NCBI GenBank assembly: GCA_964106915.2
Contig: OZ066914.1
Strand: one strand, 5' to 3'
DNA from: Podarcis gaigeae
Lineage: Eukaryota
Length of the DNA stretch: 64,000 nucleotides
Position numbers and translations under genes: made by a program. The first letter of the stretch is position 1. Each line of letters begins with the position of its first letter. The notes beneath the pieces were generated by a model. That model did no database searches, was not told where the DNA came from, and saw only the letters and a list, made by a program, of their open reading frames with translations. Below, one piece after another: positions 40,326 to 53,030 of the stretch.

Positions 40326-41340
40326 TGTGTGAGGGAATTTGGAGTCTCGGGCAGGATTTGATCAAATAAACAAGAATGATTTTATTAAATAAAGGAAGTT
40401 TATGACACAAAGTGAGTAAAACATACAATACTTGAGATTATAATGTAATTTACTTCAGTTCTTTCTCAGTTGTTGCACAGCTGTTGCTGCTTAATACTCT
40501 GGTTCTTAAACAAGGTGGTACTTCCTGTCACACACCCTGTTACACACCCCTTTGACAACCCTACTCCTGAGGTACTCCAAGTAACAGACCCAAGGGATCT
40601 CCACACCCCTCTTAACTGGTTTGGGAGTCTTCTCTTTTTGTAGAAGAATCTCTCCCTCCTGACTGGAATGAGTCCTAAGTAGACGGTATCCTCATAGCTT
40701 CTACTTCTCCTGGCTCAGCCTCAGCCTCCCAGTTAATTCCTGGCCTAATTACTCTTACAGGTCACCACACTGTCCTTCACACTAAGCTCAGAGTCTCCTT
40801 TCTCTAGCTTGTGACATATTCCTCAAAGTCAGGCTTTCTCAACCTCGGCCCTCCAGATGTTTTAGGCCTACAACTCCCATGATCCCTAGCTAGCAGGACC
40901 AGTGGTCAGGGATGCCGGGAATTGTAGTCTCAAAATATCTGGAGGGCCGAGGTTGAGGAAGTCTGCTCAAAGTGGATGTTTCTACCCAGAACCAACTCTC
41001 TCTCCTCTCGCTCTCTATCTCCCAACCTATTCACCCAAACTCTGGCCCAACCTACAAACTGTCTCTCAAAATCCTCTCCTTTTCAACTCCCCTTCCTGGA
41101 ACCCTGGCCAATCATAAGCTGCCTTTCATTAATTGTTTGCTGTCAGGGGAAGAGAAAAAGAAAGCACTTGTTGACCCAACATGCCCAGCAAAAACAAACT
41201 TTTCTGTCACACAAGTCAGTCCCATTTATAATGGAAAGTAGGGCAACTTATCCAATTTTCCTAAAAGTGGTTTCCACCAAAAGGCAGGTGTGGGGAGGGA
41301 ATCAAATGACATTTAATTTCTACATAACTCTATCTTAGCA
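40326..41340 (-). mobile_element. Probable solo LTR with 6-bp TSD
   Basis: AGGACT|TG....CA|AGGACT (TSD at 40320-40325 and 41341-41346). Minus-strand AATAAA at 40381-40386 near the inferred 3' end. Orientation is inferred. Confidence 0.6.
40830..40965. mobile_element. hAT MITE (136 bp) with perfect 8-bp TSD, nested in the putative LTR
   Basis: TIRs CAGGCTTTCTCAACCTCGGCCCTCCAGAT / ATCTGGAGGGCCGAGGTTGAGGAAGTCTG. TSD CTCAAAGT at 40822-40829 and 40966-40973. Confidence 0.93.
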
Positions 41341-43530
41341 AGGACTTTCAAATAAACATAAGGGGGAAGAAATGGCATGCCTTAGAATAGCTGCTCACTC
41401 TAGCACTGCATAAGGCCAAAGGATTCTGTAAATGAATGCAAGCACTTGGCGTTTTCAATTACAGGAACTAATACAAATGTTATACAATTTGCTGCACCTG
41501 AGTCTCCCATTGAGGCTAATGCTATTAGAAGAGAGTTATTCCTTAAATACAGGTGGATATTTAAATATGTGTAAATATGTTATTTTAGGTGCACATTACC
41601 ATTTTATGGAACCAAGGCTTTCCCTTTTATTTTAAAGCCCTCTAAATATCTCCCATTTAAATGCTGATTTTGTTCATTCCCTTCAGGGTCTCAGAGAAAT
41701 ACATTCTCCTTTGTTTGTTTTATGCATGCACTTCATTGGGTGACTTAAGGCAGAAAAGAAGGCAAGGGAATCTAAATAATAAACCTACTACAATCCTCTG
41801 ATAAGGGAAAAGTGGCCAAGCAGCTAAGAAGAAGGGCTGAGTATGCAGCAAGGAAAGGGGAACAAATTCAAATATTTAAGCTTATTCCAGTTCTATAATA
41901 AATATAGCTTCTGCCAAGCTACAAATATTACAGATTAAAGTCTGAAATGCCCCAAAAGGCTGGGCTACTTTGCTTAACCAGGTTGATGCTCTCAGTCCTT
42001 GCCTCCATCATTAGCTATTTATATTCTAGAAAAGCTGGAAAAAAATGTCATTTTCAATGTACTTATTTTTCTTTCTTTCCAAAGATAGGAAAATACTCTT
42101 CCCATCCATCCATAGTAACTTTTCAAAAAAAACCCATATGAATTCAACCAGCTCGGCCAGAATGTGGATCAGGATATGCACTTTGAATGTGGATATTGAC
42201 ATGAATTTCAGTGAGCATCCCCCTGAAAGCAATCCAGAACGGCTTGGCAGCATCGTAGCATATGCTGAATCAGATTATTGGTCCATGTAGCTCTGTTTTG
42301 TCTGCACCAAATGTAATCAACATGGTGCCCTCCAGTTGTTGTGGACAACTGATATCACCAGCTCCAATCAGCATGACCAATAGATAGGATAATGGGAACA
42401 AACATCTGGATGGCATCACATTGACTACCCTTAGAGTCTCTACCCACCCAGTGAACAACTTCTGTTTCCAGACCTACCAGCAGATATAAGGAGTTTAACA
42501 AGAAAGGGGCATGGAGGGCTTTGTACACACCAGTCTTCTTAGCTGGATATTGGCAAATGATGGTTATAGTGACCCAGTCCTTCCCCTTGTCTTCTGCGGC
42601 ATGATCAGCAGGTTATTACCTCAATAGAAAGATTCCCAGTTCTTTTCAAATCAGTGACAGCTTTATTAATTTATGTGTTTGTTTATTTTAAGGTTGCATT
42701 CCAAAAGCTGCAACAATTTCAGTGTTCTGGTGGTTGGAAATTGGGAGAACTTCAACTTCAAAGCTCAGGTGAAGTTTTGTGTTTGGTATTTAAGACATTT
42801 TGCATCTGCTCCATTCAAGGCCAACCACTTAACAATTTTTTCCCTCCAGACTTTGGCCATTATTGTTTAACTGGAGACCACTCATTCTTTCAAAGAGGGG
42901 ATTGGAGGGACATGATATTGCTATAAAAGACAACCAATTGTTCATGCTCTGCGTAGAGAGGGCAGGTCTACACCCCAAAGAGCTTATAATCTAAATGGAA
43001 ACAATGGAAACAACAGAGGAAGGAGAGTGAACCAGAGGCAGGGGTAAAAAAAGGACAAGTACTATGTAGTCGTTCTAGATGTATTTACTTGAGTTTAGAT
43101 GCAAAACTAATGATCCTTTGCATGACCATGCAATACATGAACTTTAAATTCCATATGTGAGTAAATGAGATTATAAATCAAACTGACAGTATAAACTCAG
43201 AAAAGAAACTCAACAGTTCATATTCTACTTGTTGATGACAATAAACTCAAGCATGTTAGTGAAAGACAATCATGTGTTCTTATGAGAGTGTCCCCAAATT
43301 TCATAGAAGTACTCACTCCACTTTTGAGTTAAGTTCCCTCCCTTAAGCTGGCTTTAGGACAGGGTTCTGCTCAGTGGAGGCTAATCTATTAAGGGGAATG
43401 GGACAGTGCCACACCAACCTCAGTCATCTTTCAGTAAGTTCACATCTGCCAGCCTTCTTACTTAAAACCAGCCCGTGGCGTGGCACTGGCTGCTAGCTTC
43501 CCCCCACTTGGTTTCAATGTTGCCCTTGTA

Positions 43531-44224
43531 CAGGCACCCCCACTTAGGTTCCAGCCCCCTGTGTGCATAAGTGAAATAATGCAAAATGGGGAGCGCCCTC
43601 TAAGAAGCCTCTGAATGCCTCTTTCCCCCTGCTCTCCTGCTCTCTAACCACACAACTCTCTCTTCAACTAGAACTGAAGCTCTGGGGCCAGCTGGAGGCT
43701 GCAGGATGTGCAGGAAAGTGGCTGCTGCTGCTGCACTACCCCATGAGTCAGCTGTTAGGCAGGGAGGCCAAGCAGCCTAAGCAAAGCCCCACTGTGCCTC
43801 TGGTCTCTTCGGGGCTTCCATTGCCCTCACTGGCATCCTCTTCAGGCTCCAGGGAGGGTCTCCTCGCAAGCCATGAGGACTCTTCAGCTCTCTCCTGCCA
43901 TTTCCTGGTATGATTCTATTCATATATTCCCCGGCACCATGCATATACAGTGGTACCTCAGGTTACAGACGCTTCAGGATCCAGATGCTTCAGGTTACAG
44001 ACTCCGCTAACCCAGAAATAGTACCTTGGGTTAAGAACTTTGCTTCAGGATGAGAACAGAATTACGCAGCAGCGGCGCAGCAGCAGCGGGAGGCCCCATT
44101 AGCTAAAGTGGTGCTTCACGTTAAGAACAGTTTCAGGTTATGAACAGACCTCCAGAACGAATTAAGTTCTTAACCTGAGGTACTACTGTACATATGAGGA
44201 GAATGTAGAGTGTGGGAATGCTTC
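43531..44224 (-). mobile_element. Older Tigger-like element (inverted relative of 39259-39699) interrupted by a younger MITE
   Basis: TA|CAGGCACCCCCACTTA terminus. Shares GAAGCTCTGGGGCCAGCTGGAGG, CAGCTGTTAGGCAGGGAGGC and CAAAGCCCCACTGTGCCTC with the reverse complement of the 39.4-kb copy. Confidence 0.6.
43948..44188 (-). mobile_element. Tigger-type MITE, complete
   Basis: TA|CAGTGGTACCTCAGG ... CCTGAGGTACTACTG|TA. Confidence 0.93.
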
Positions 44225-47170
44225 TACAACTCAACAAAGATGGGGGGGGGGGCTAAAGCTCTTCCTATCATTGACTCTGGCTTCATCTACTGTTGGCCTC
44301 TCTGGCTTCTGCTCTACCAGCCCCTATGGTCACCAGCTTCCACTGGTCCTACCAACATTTGACAAAAATTCTCACTAGGATCCCCTTATCATTTTTTCAT
44401 TTGGCCTTTCATTCTTAAGGACACCCAAGTTGTAGCCTTTTCCCAAAAACAGAGAGACTTGGGTAACAACTTGCGCAACCTCTGCTCCCGTGCCTTACTC
44501 CTCTGCCAAGTTCTAGCTCTGTTGAGCAGTTGGACTCACAGTGATGAGGTAATGCCTATGGGACTCTGCATAGTGACTTCAAGAGTGTGGGCTAAAGCTC
44601 ACTTCCCACCAGGTAGGTTTGTTTGTATGTTCTGCTGCCAGTTGGTTTCTAAGGCCACCAAACTGATGGGTAGGCTGCAGAAAGGGGCATGGCAGCCCCT
44701 TTATAATTAACATAATCCACAAATGCTTTCGTTTTGTCATGCTTGACATGAAAGACAAGTGGTGCATTTATTGAGTGGTGGCTGACTAGGGCTGGAGTTA
44801 TAAGTACTTAATATTACTTAATTGCAGTATTTAGCATTTCAGTCCAATGACCTAACAAACAACTCATACATGTTAATATTCTTTCTCTGTACCCTCTGTT
44901 TTGCACAGATGCCTGAGTCTTGGGTCCAACAAAAGCTGTTTACAGGGATGGCCAGCTGCTTTTCTCGGCAGGGGATTAGCTGTGTTTATGATGCCCTTCA
45001 AAACATTCAATTGCCGAAACTGCAGCAACTGCAAAGGTCTTTTGTCAAATGCAAGAGGAAGAAAGAAGCCACAATAGTCTAAGATTACAGCCCAGCAGGA
45101 GTGATGCTCTGTGCATAAGCAGATAAATAATAACCAACACACACAATAAAATAATGGATTTCTTTTCCCCATGAATGCAATTTTTTTTTTTTTGCCTCTT
45201 GCAATTGTTCCTTGCTGAACCGAAATTGAAAATAGCTTTTACACACTAAATGATCTTTAGAAAATTGTTTTAGAAGTGCCACAGGGCAATAGTGGGCACC
45301 TTCCTGTGCATTACGGTCACTGATGAGTCGCTCAGTGAAATGTCCCTACAAGAATGCTCAGCCAAGCAGTGGCATGGTGTGGGAGAAGACTGCAAAAAGC
45401 AGACACCATTAGTCTCACTTTATTTTCTATTTTCAAAGGCCCAGGTTTGGAATAATAACACTGGAGAAAGTCGCAACTGAGAGGCAATATCAGAGATAGA
45501 GAAAACAGGAGAAGAGCAGTGAAACTTTAAAGAGAAGTCCCTGTTAAGAGATAAGGAAAACCTGTAAGGTGAGTCACATATGGAAAGCAGAGTTTGTGCT
45601 CACCTTCATAACAAGCAGTGGGAGTGGACACTTCATGCTTCATAAATAACTTCTAGTTTGTTGTAGGTTCTAAAAAATATTCTTCCAGTTTAGTGATCTG
45701 GACAAACGTGAACTATTTCTTGTCTCCCTACAGCATTATGTGTCTGCCTCTATGAGCAGTGCTAAGGTGAAGGGAGATCAAGACACAGTAATGTTTGTTG
45801 CTAACACCATGGTCCTGATAACATTGTCTTGCTAGACATGATTGTTTCCACATGGCCTCTTGGATGTATTCTTCAGGTCTGGTCACCTTCCTGATTCATG
45901 CAGTACAAAGCGGCAAGTCTTGCTGCCTGAGGACTGAAAGGGTATGGACCAGAGCCATGCGGTCAATGGACTAGGGGGACTAGGCTAGTCCCCTAAATGT
46001 CCCGAGTAGAGTATTAAAATATTAAAGCCTGGTGTCTCCTTCCCAAAGTCCAGGAAGCTTCTGCCCAGCTTAGGGAGGTGTGATGACATCGCCCCCCGCC
46101 AGCACCCTCGCCAGCTGGCACCTCTGGCCCTAACTGTTCCCATATGAAAAAATGTCACCGCATGCCACTGGTATGGACTATTTAGTAAACCTGAAGTAGC
46201 AACGTATAGCCCTTCCTGCATGCTACTTGGATCACGTTCTCAGAGGGGGAAAATACTGGGGAGAATCTCACTATAGAACTGGCTTCACAGACTGCTTCAA
46301 AATCCTCTTGCTATCCAGAATAGCAAATAAATGGAGTGGTTAGGTTTGGTGCTACCCAGTGGGGATTCATTGCCTCCAGAAATGGATAGCAAATATCAAA
46401 GCACCTTTGAAATGCCTGTGCAATACCCACCTGTGGCTAGCCTAATCTGCTATTCCATTGCAGAGAGTTCTGCACAAAGAGGTAGCAGAGACACTGTTCC
46501 ATCACCAGGAAAAAACTGTTATCCCAGCTGGAAAGAGAATCACTTCTTTGTCAAACAGATTTCACTGAGATGTACCTCTAGCAGTTCTCTCCCCCCCTCC
46601 CCAGTCCCCATCAACTCAAAGCTCTGGGGATCCTTTTGGGACACCCCAGAGTAGGCCTTGCCACATTTTCATTTCTGAAGGTTGGCTATTCACAATGCAC
46701 CGGTCCAAGATAGCCCCACTCAAAAAAGCAGCATGTTCTGTTATTTATGTGTGCCTCATTAAGATTTAATGTTCCCTCTCTGCAAAATGCTCCCTGAGAG
46801 GCAAAGTCTGGTTTTCACGAAGGTCCCAATGGAATGAGAAACCTTTCAGTCTTACTTGGCAGCAGGGTGGGGTGGGGTGGATACAGTAATCTCTCCAATC
46901 AGACAGGCAATCTGGTGCTTCTGTGCAACACACTTGAGTTCCAAGAGAGAAATGGAAAGATGGGGCTAAAAATAAACCATTGAAACTCTACAAACATCAC
47001 ACTCCAAAGCTATTTTCCATATTACTGAAAGCGGAGGCAAGAGCACCTTAGGCAAGGAAACAGCCACACAGTAAAGCCACTTCTTTCATTTTCCATGACA
47101 AGCACTGCCTTGTTGGACATTTTTCTTAACCATCTGAAAATTTAACATAGAGTGTACGAAACACAAAATA

Positions 47171-47402
47171 CAGTGGTTACGTACTTAATTCGTTCCGGAG
47201 GTCCGTCTTAACCTGAAACTGTTCTTAACCTGAAGCACCACTTTAGCTAATGGGGCCTCCCGCTGCTGCTGTGCTGCCAGAGCACAATTTCTGTTCTCAT
47301 CTTGAAGCAAAGTTCTTAACCCAAGGTAATATTTCTGGGTTAGCGGAGTCTGTAACCTGAAGCGTATGTAACCTGAAGTGTATGTAACCCGAGGTACCAC
47401 TG
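47171..47402 (+). mobile_element. Tigger-type MITE, left TIR with a small deletion
   Basis: TA|CAGTGGTTACG ... CCCGAGGTACCACTG|TA. Confidence 0.93.
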
Positions 47403-47932
47403 TATTCAGGTAACAGTACCAGGGAAATGTTTTATTATATTTCTGAAAATATAAGGGCTTTATATTGACCAGGGCAATTTACAACAGCACAAAAATTATA
47501 AAATCTTATAAAGCATCTACTACCATAATAAAACAACCATTTTAAACTCTGCTCAGTTAAAACTCAGACATAATTTCCAGATTAACCAGGACTAAGTAGC
47601 AACAAATATGGAATATGAACAACTGCAGTTTGGATTTGCTTTAACATGCCAACTGGGACTCCTGGCTACAGCTTGTGGTTAGTGTGGAGAGAGCTCAACT
47701 GCGAATAACAGTTGACACACTAAGTGAAACTTTGGCTTATTTTAGTATAGTACTGCAGTAAAAAGGACTGGGGAGGATCAAAGATGCTGCAAGCTCCTCT
47801 CTGGCAACCTGCACATTCATGCAGACTCAGTAAGCCACAGGTTGGGTTAGTGTGCCATGCAAGCCATTTCTTTAAACTCCTTTAAACCACACCTTGTGCA
47901 AACTTTAATTTAGGCACACATCCAAGTTATAT

Positions 47933-48193
47933 GAAGAAGAAGAAGAAGAAGAAGAGGAGTTTGGATTTGATATCCCGCCTTTCACTCCCCTTCAGGAGTC
48001 TCAAAGCGGCTAACATTCTCCTTTCCCTTCCTCCCCCACAACAAACACTCTGTGAGGTGAGTGGGGCTGAGAGACTTCAAAGAAGTGTGACTGGCCTAAA
48101 GTCACCCAGCAGCTGTATGTGGAGGAGCAGAGACGCGAACCCGGTTCCCCAGATTACGAGACTACCGCTCTTAACCACTACACCACACTGGCT
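47933..48193 (-). mobile_element. tRNA-derived SINE (Squam2-like) with (CTT)n tail
   Basis: Minus strand starts AGCCAGTGTGGTGTAGTGGTTAAGAGCGG (A box), has a GGTTCGCG B-box-like motif and the CORE-like GCTGGGTGACTTTAGGCCAGTCAC, and ends in an L2-like GGCGGGATATCAAAT with a simple-repeat tail. Confidence 0.85.
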
Positions 48194-48818
48194 CACACCA
48201 TATATGACTGGGATGTATCTTTCATAATACTGGCCAGAAGAATCTTTGCATTTCTTTGAGCACATTTTTGGATACAGGACTGAAGTTGTCTCAGTAGCAC
48301 TCACTGCCTTGCTCATCTAATGGCTTTCTCTGCTTTCCATTCTTAACTCATCTGCTAAATACAAAGTGGTGGTGAGGTGGAATCAGATGGGGAAAACAAC
48401 ATTTGGAATAGTTGGTTGTATCAAAATCTACGAGGATCGTATCATTTGACATGTTCTTTGTCACATCTGCACTTATTCACACTCATTGTGTAGAGAAAAG
48501 AGCAACTTTCTGGGAACCAGAGGCAAAAGCAGGTGGAGCAATGAATATAACATTTACCTGTGTACAGTAGCCTAATTTTGCACACACACATGCAACCCTC
48601 ACTAGGCTCCATTCAGGCAAGCAAGATACAGCACGATAGGTCAAGGACACACTCCAGCCAGGCATTAACACTCAAGGGTTGTGTGAAGGGAGAGCAGTGA
48701 GGAGTGCAGCCTGTGGGAAGTATGTGTGGCTGAGCAGGCTGTGCAGCTCTGGGGGAGTCCTCAGGGCCAGATAGTGTCTAGGAGGGTGACATTTGGCCCC
48801 TGGGGCTGAGGCCTATTC

Positions 48819-49066
48819 CATTGGTAGGTAAACTAAGGCCCAGGGGCCAGATCAGGCCCAATTGCCTTCTAAATCCAGCCCACGGATGGTCCGGGAATCA
48901 GCGTGTTTTTACTTGAGTAGAATGTGTCCTTTTACTTAAAATGCACCTCTGGGTTATTTGTGGGGCATAGGAATTCATTCTTTTTTTCCCAGAATATAGT
49001 CCAACCCACCACAAGGCCTGAGGGACAGTGGACCGGTCTCCTGCTGAAAATGTTTGTTGACCCCTG
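48819..49066 (+). mobile_element. hAT-Charlie MITE, OC1/OposCharlie-like end
   Basis: Ends ATAGTCCAACCCACCACAAGGCCTGAGGGACAGTGGACCGG..CCTGCTGAAAATGTTTGTTGACCCCTG. The flanks GCCTATTC / GCTATTCT look like a degenerate TSD. Confidence 0.75.
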
Positions 49067-52000
49067 GCTATTCTAAGCCCCCTTTTAAAAGTTCCCTTAC
49101 TAGTGCTGTTGCTGACTATCCTGTGGTTGCTCCGGAGACAATCAGAGAACATATTTATACTGTACCTCACTTTTATACCTGAGTTGCTTTTATACCTTTT
49201 ATACCTCTTTATACCTCTATACACTGTTATACCTCTGAGTTGCTGTGACAATGTGGCCAACAACCATGCAGTCAACACCTCCCAGTGGGCTCTTGCTTGC
49301 ATGGCTGCTAACTATACCGTCAGAGCAACTCCTGGAGGCAGAATTCTTTAGACATTCTGTGATTAATATGGGAGTCACTACAGGTCATACTGCAAATGCG
49401 CTGGTAAGACAGTCTTGAGAGGGCATTACCTAGAAATATTTTATAAGAAGGAAACATCAAAAAAGGGGCTGAACTTCCCACTATTACAGGTTGCCTACAT
49501 CTATCCTCTACCCTGCACATTGTTCTGGGGGTTCGCTGGACCCCCCAATTAAATTTCAGGGGGTGCACAGTGAAAGGAGGGCAGGATAGCCCTGCTGCAC
49601 AAGTGGAAGTCCTTGCCCAGGCCTTCCCCCTGACAGGTACACATTTGTTGAATCTCACCAGCCTAGTCACAGTCTTTCTCACTGTGCTATCTGTATTCAA
49701 ACTGCAGCAATTATTTCCAAATGTGTATCTACACATGAAAATCAGCATATGTATTTTCCCCCCAATGCAAATCTGTGTCCTCTTCTGTCCTCTTTCTTGG
49801 CAATGCACAAGTAGCTACCTTACCCTGGAGGGATATTTTCACTCACATTTTTTTTGTAAGCAGCTACTCCCCCCACAGATGAGCAACGGATGGTTCATTG
49901 AAGTGAGGAGAAAAATACACAACTTTAAAATGTGTAAAGCTCTGCAGCCATTTCTGAAGACTTTGGAATATCTTTTTTGCCGTTGTGATGGGCACAGCTC
50001 ATCTCTGCCCATAGTAAATGAAAGCTGACTCCAGCAGCTGAGGCCAGGGCTCTGTCAATGCAACAGAGCAGAAAACACTACACACACAGAGAGAGAGAGC
50101 TGCTGAAAACAGTGGTGCATTGTTAGTAAATAAAAAAGATTTTCGTGAACACCGTTCTCATTGGAGGTTTGTTCCAATGCACCCTCTACAGCCCTACTGG
50201 GGAACATTACTGTGTTTCACTCACTCTTCATTTTGACATCTTATGCTCAATACTTAATATATACTGAGATAACTTCCATCGCATTCCAGATGGTTAGCCA
50301 AGAGAGGGAGGGGAGAAAGACTGTGCACACCGAACCCATAGTTAGGTGAGCCCAGTTATTAAAAATGAATTAATAGGCTGTAATGATATTAGGGGGTGCA
50401 GTTCATTTATTTTCAGTTAATCTCTAATTAGTGAGCAAGTAAAATTTTATGTACAGTTCCATTGCCATGCACAGACTAAAGGACCTCCTCATGTTTAATC
50501 TAGTTTTTTATGTACATTGAAATGTGTTAGAACTAAGGGTCACAATTTAAGATATTATCAACATTCACAGTGCATTTTCTTTTGCTGTTGCTGCCAAAGT
50601 CTGAGACTGAAGATAGTAGTTTTTAAGGAGAGCTGAAAGTGACAGGAAAGAACCAATGTTGCCTAGAGTGTACACACATTTATTTTGTAGCATTATGGTC
50701 TCAGGTAAAACAGGTTTGCAGGTTTCTGAAGCACTGCAATACCTGTAAAAACTGTTTGGCCTAGGGATCATCTGGTCTCCCTCATCCTATTTTAGTATAG
50801 TTCTGGGAGTTCACTCTATCCCACATTCTTCTTCATCTGTCTTCTGGTTTAACTTTGAGAGTTTCTAAAATTGATTTTTGTATTGGAGCACCACTGTTTT
50901 TTAGTTCATGTCCTTTCTCTTTTAGATCAGGGATGTGCATCCAAGGATAGCTCAAATCACAACAATGGCAGTGAATGGCATCATTGTGGTTCTTTTATAC
51001 CACATTCCGCTCTCTGAAATATTAGCTATGTATTAAACCTTCCAATTATTTCCATGTACTTGTCTGCCTTGTTGAAGTCCCAAAATTGTTATTCCACATG
51101 GTATTTCAGAATCTCCCACAAATGCCTATTCAAAACAAGAACAGGCTTAATTCTGCCTCCTAATTTGGAACCAAGCAAGTAGCTTTGTACTATTTTTAAA
51201 AATTACATGGAGGAACATATCCTTCATCTTATTTAAACACATTTTAACAACTGTTACAGGAGTTTTGGGATACAGAGAAGAACAGAGCTTGTTACCATGC
51301 CTTATTCAGAATCCAGAGCAAAGCCATTGTCCAATCTTAGTCATAAGAAAGAAAGAGAGAAAGAAACATCTTTCCAATCTGTGAAACAGCTTAACTACAT
51401 CTATTCTCTCTTCCCTCCCCACACCTCCCAAGAATGACAATAATTGTTCGGAAGCTTGCTGCTCTATTTGGGATCCCCATCTGCGACTTCAAATACACAG
51501 TTTTAGTTCTTGGAATGAAATTCATGGATATTCATAACATACTTATAAAAATCTATTGTGTGCATCCAACCAGAGATTCCATATGCTTTGCTCCTGACTA
51601 TGCCATCAGTTATGTACCTGGTCATCAGAGAGAATATTTAAAGCTGCCAAATGCATTATGAATCCACCCGTTCTTTGAAGAAGTAATAGTAAATAATGAC
51701 TATTGCAAAGAGCCAAAGATTCCAAGTTTTATTCCTGTCTTATTGCAATGTTTGAAGTAAGTTTTTTTTTAAAAAAAAAAACTTCTAAAAACTTTTTGAA
51801 GCTGACTTGAAAATGAGATCAGCACCATGGAGAGTTACCTAGACAAAGAGGACTATGGCACAGAACAAAGTAAGTCTGAGCTGCAACCCTAGTCACACAA
51901 TATTTAGCAAAGCTAAATATTAATTGATGTAAATGTTAGGTGGTCTTAAATAGTCTTTCAAAGGAAGAATTTTAGTATCTACATGTTTCATTAAGATTCT

Positions 52001-52147
52001 AAAATATAACCCTCTTTATCTGAAGACATTTCTAGCACTGAACCTCTCTAGTGCTCTCAAAAGCACATTTACTTGAAATACATCTTGCCTACTTAAATTA
52101 GCTGGACTTTTTAATTGGTTTATATTAGTGTTAGAATTGTTTAAAAA

Positions 52148-52260
52148 TATTATAATTATAATATTTATACCACACCCATCTGGCTGGGTTTCCTCAGCCA
52201 GTCTGGGTGGCTTACAGCACATATAAAAACATAGTAAAATGTCAAACACTAAAAACTTCC
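52148..52260 (-). mobile_element. L2 LINE 3' end
   Basis: ATTTATACCACACCCATCTGGCTGGGTTTCC..CTGGGTGGCT..AAATGTCAAACACTAAAAACTTCC. Same family as the pieces at 1498-1905. Confidence 0.8.
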
Positions 52261-52371
52261 AATTGACTGTATACTACCTTCACTCCCTCCCTGGCAGAAA
52301 GTCACTTATTATACAAATACAAAATTTAAAGAACTGTAATGGTAATGTAGGTGTTTTTACATGGCTCTTGC

Positions 52372-52498
52372 TGAGAGATGGGAAACCTGCGGTTCTCCAG
52401 GTGTTGCTGGACTACAATTCCCAGAGGCCATGGTTGCTGATAGAGTGAATGGGAGTTATAGTCCTAAAACATCTGCAGACACATGTTCCTAATTCCTG
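52372..52498. mobile_element. Decayed hAT MITE
   Basis: GATGGGAAACCTG..CTCCAGGTGTTGCTGGACTACAATTCCC..GGGAGTTATAGTCC..ACATCTG. Relatives at about 31680-31770, 42310-42430 and 55117-55235. Confidence 0.65.
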
Positions 52499-52609
52499 CT
52501 CTAAATGTTCCCTGTGCTTCTATTTGAAATATTATACCATGTAACATTCTTCCTATTTAATTTCATGTGTGTGCCATGCTATACAAGTCCTGTTCTTTCA
52601 TTTTTTTTT

Positions 52610-53030
52610 ATACCATGCACCATATTTGTTCCCACCTTCTAAACCAGTTCCAATTTATCTGTATCCGTTTTAAAATGTGGTGCCCAGAATGCAACTCTGT
52701 ACTCCAGATGAGGTCTTACTAGTGTAGCGTAGAGTGAAACTAATACTTCTCATGACTTAGAAACTATGCCTCTATTAATGCCGCATAAAATCATATTAAC
52801 CTTTTCTTGCAGATTCATTACACTGCCAACTCATGTTCAGTTTGTGACGGACTCCAATCTCAAAATCCATTTTACATATACTGCACTAAGCATACAGCAG
52901 TGCATTTGATTTTTTAAAAACCTAAATTTGCATTAGTCTCTGTTGAACTACATTTTGTTAGTTTCAGACCAATTTTCAATTGTATTAATATCCTTCTGAA
53001 TTCCCCTCTTCTGAAGGGTTAGCTACCTTC
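52610..53030 (-). mobile_element. CR1 LINE ORF2 fragment, decayed
   Basis: TGTGGTGCCCAGAATGCAACTCTGTACTCCAGATGAGGTCTTAC..CTCATGTTCAGTTTGTGA is typical antisense CR1 RT-region sequence. Confidence 0.7.

Noticed and set aside
49103-50028. Overlapping long ORFs (134-162 aa) on both strands
   Set aside because: They overlap TE fragments and micro-repeats, with no recognisable domain or splice structure.
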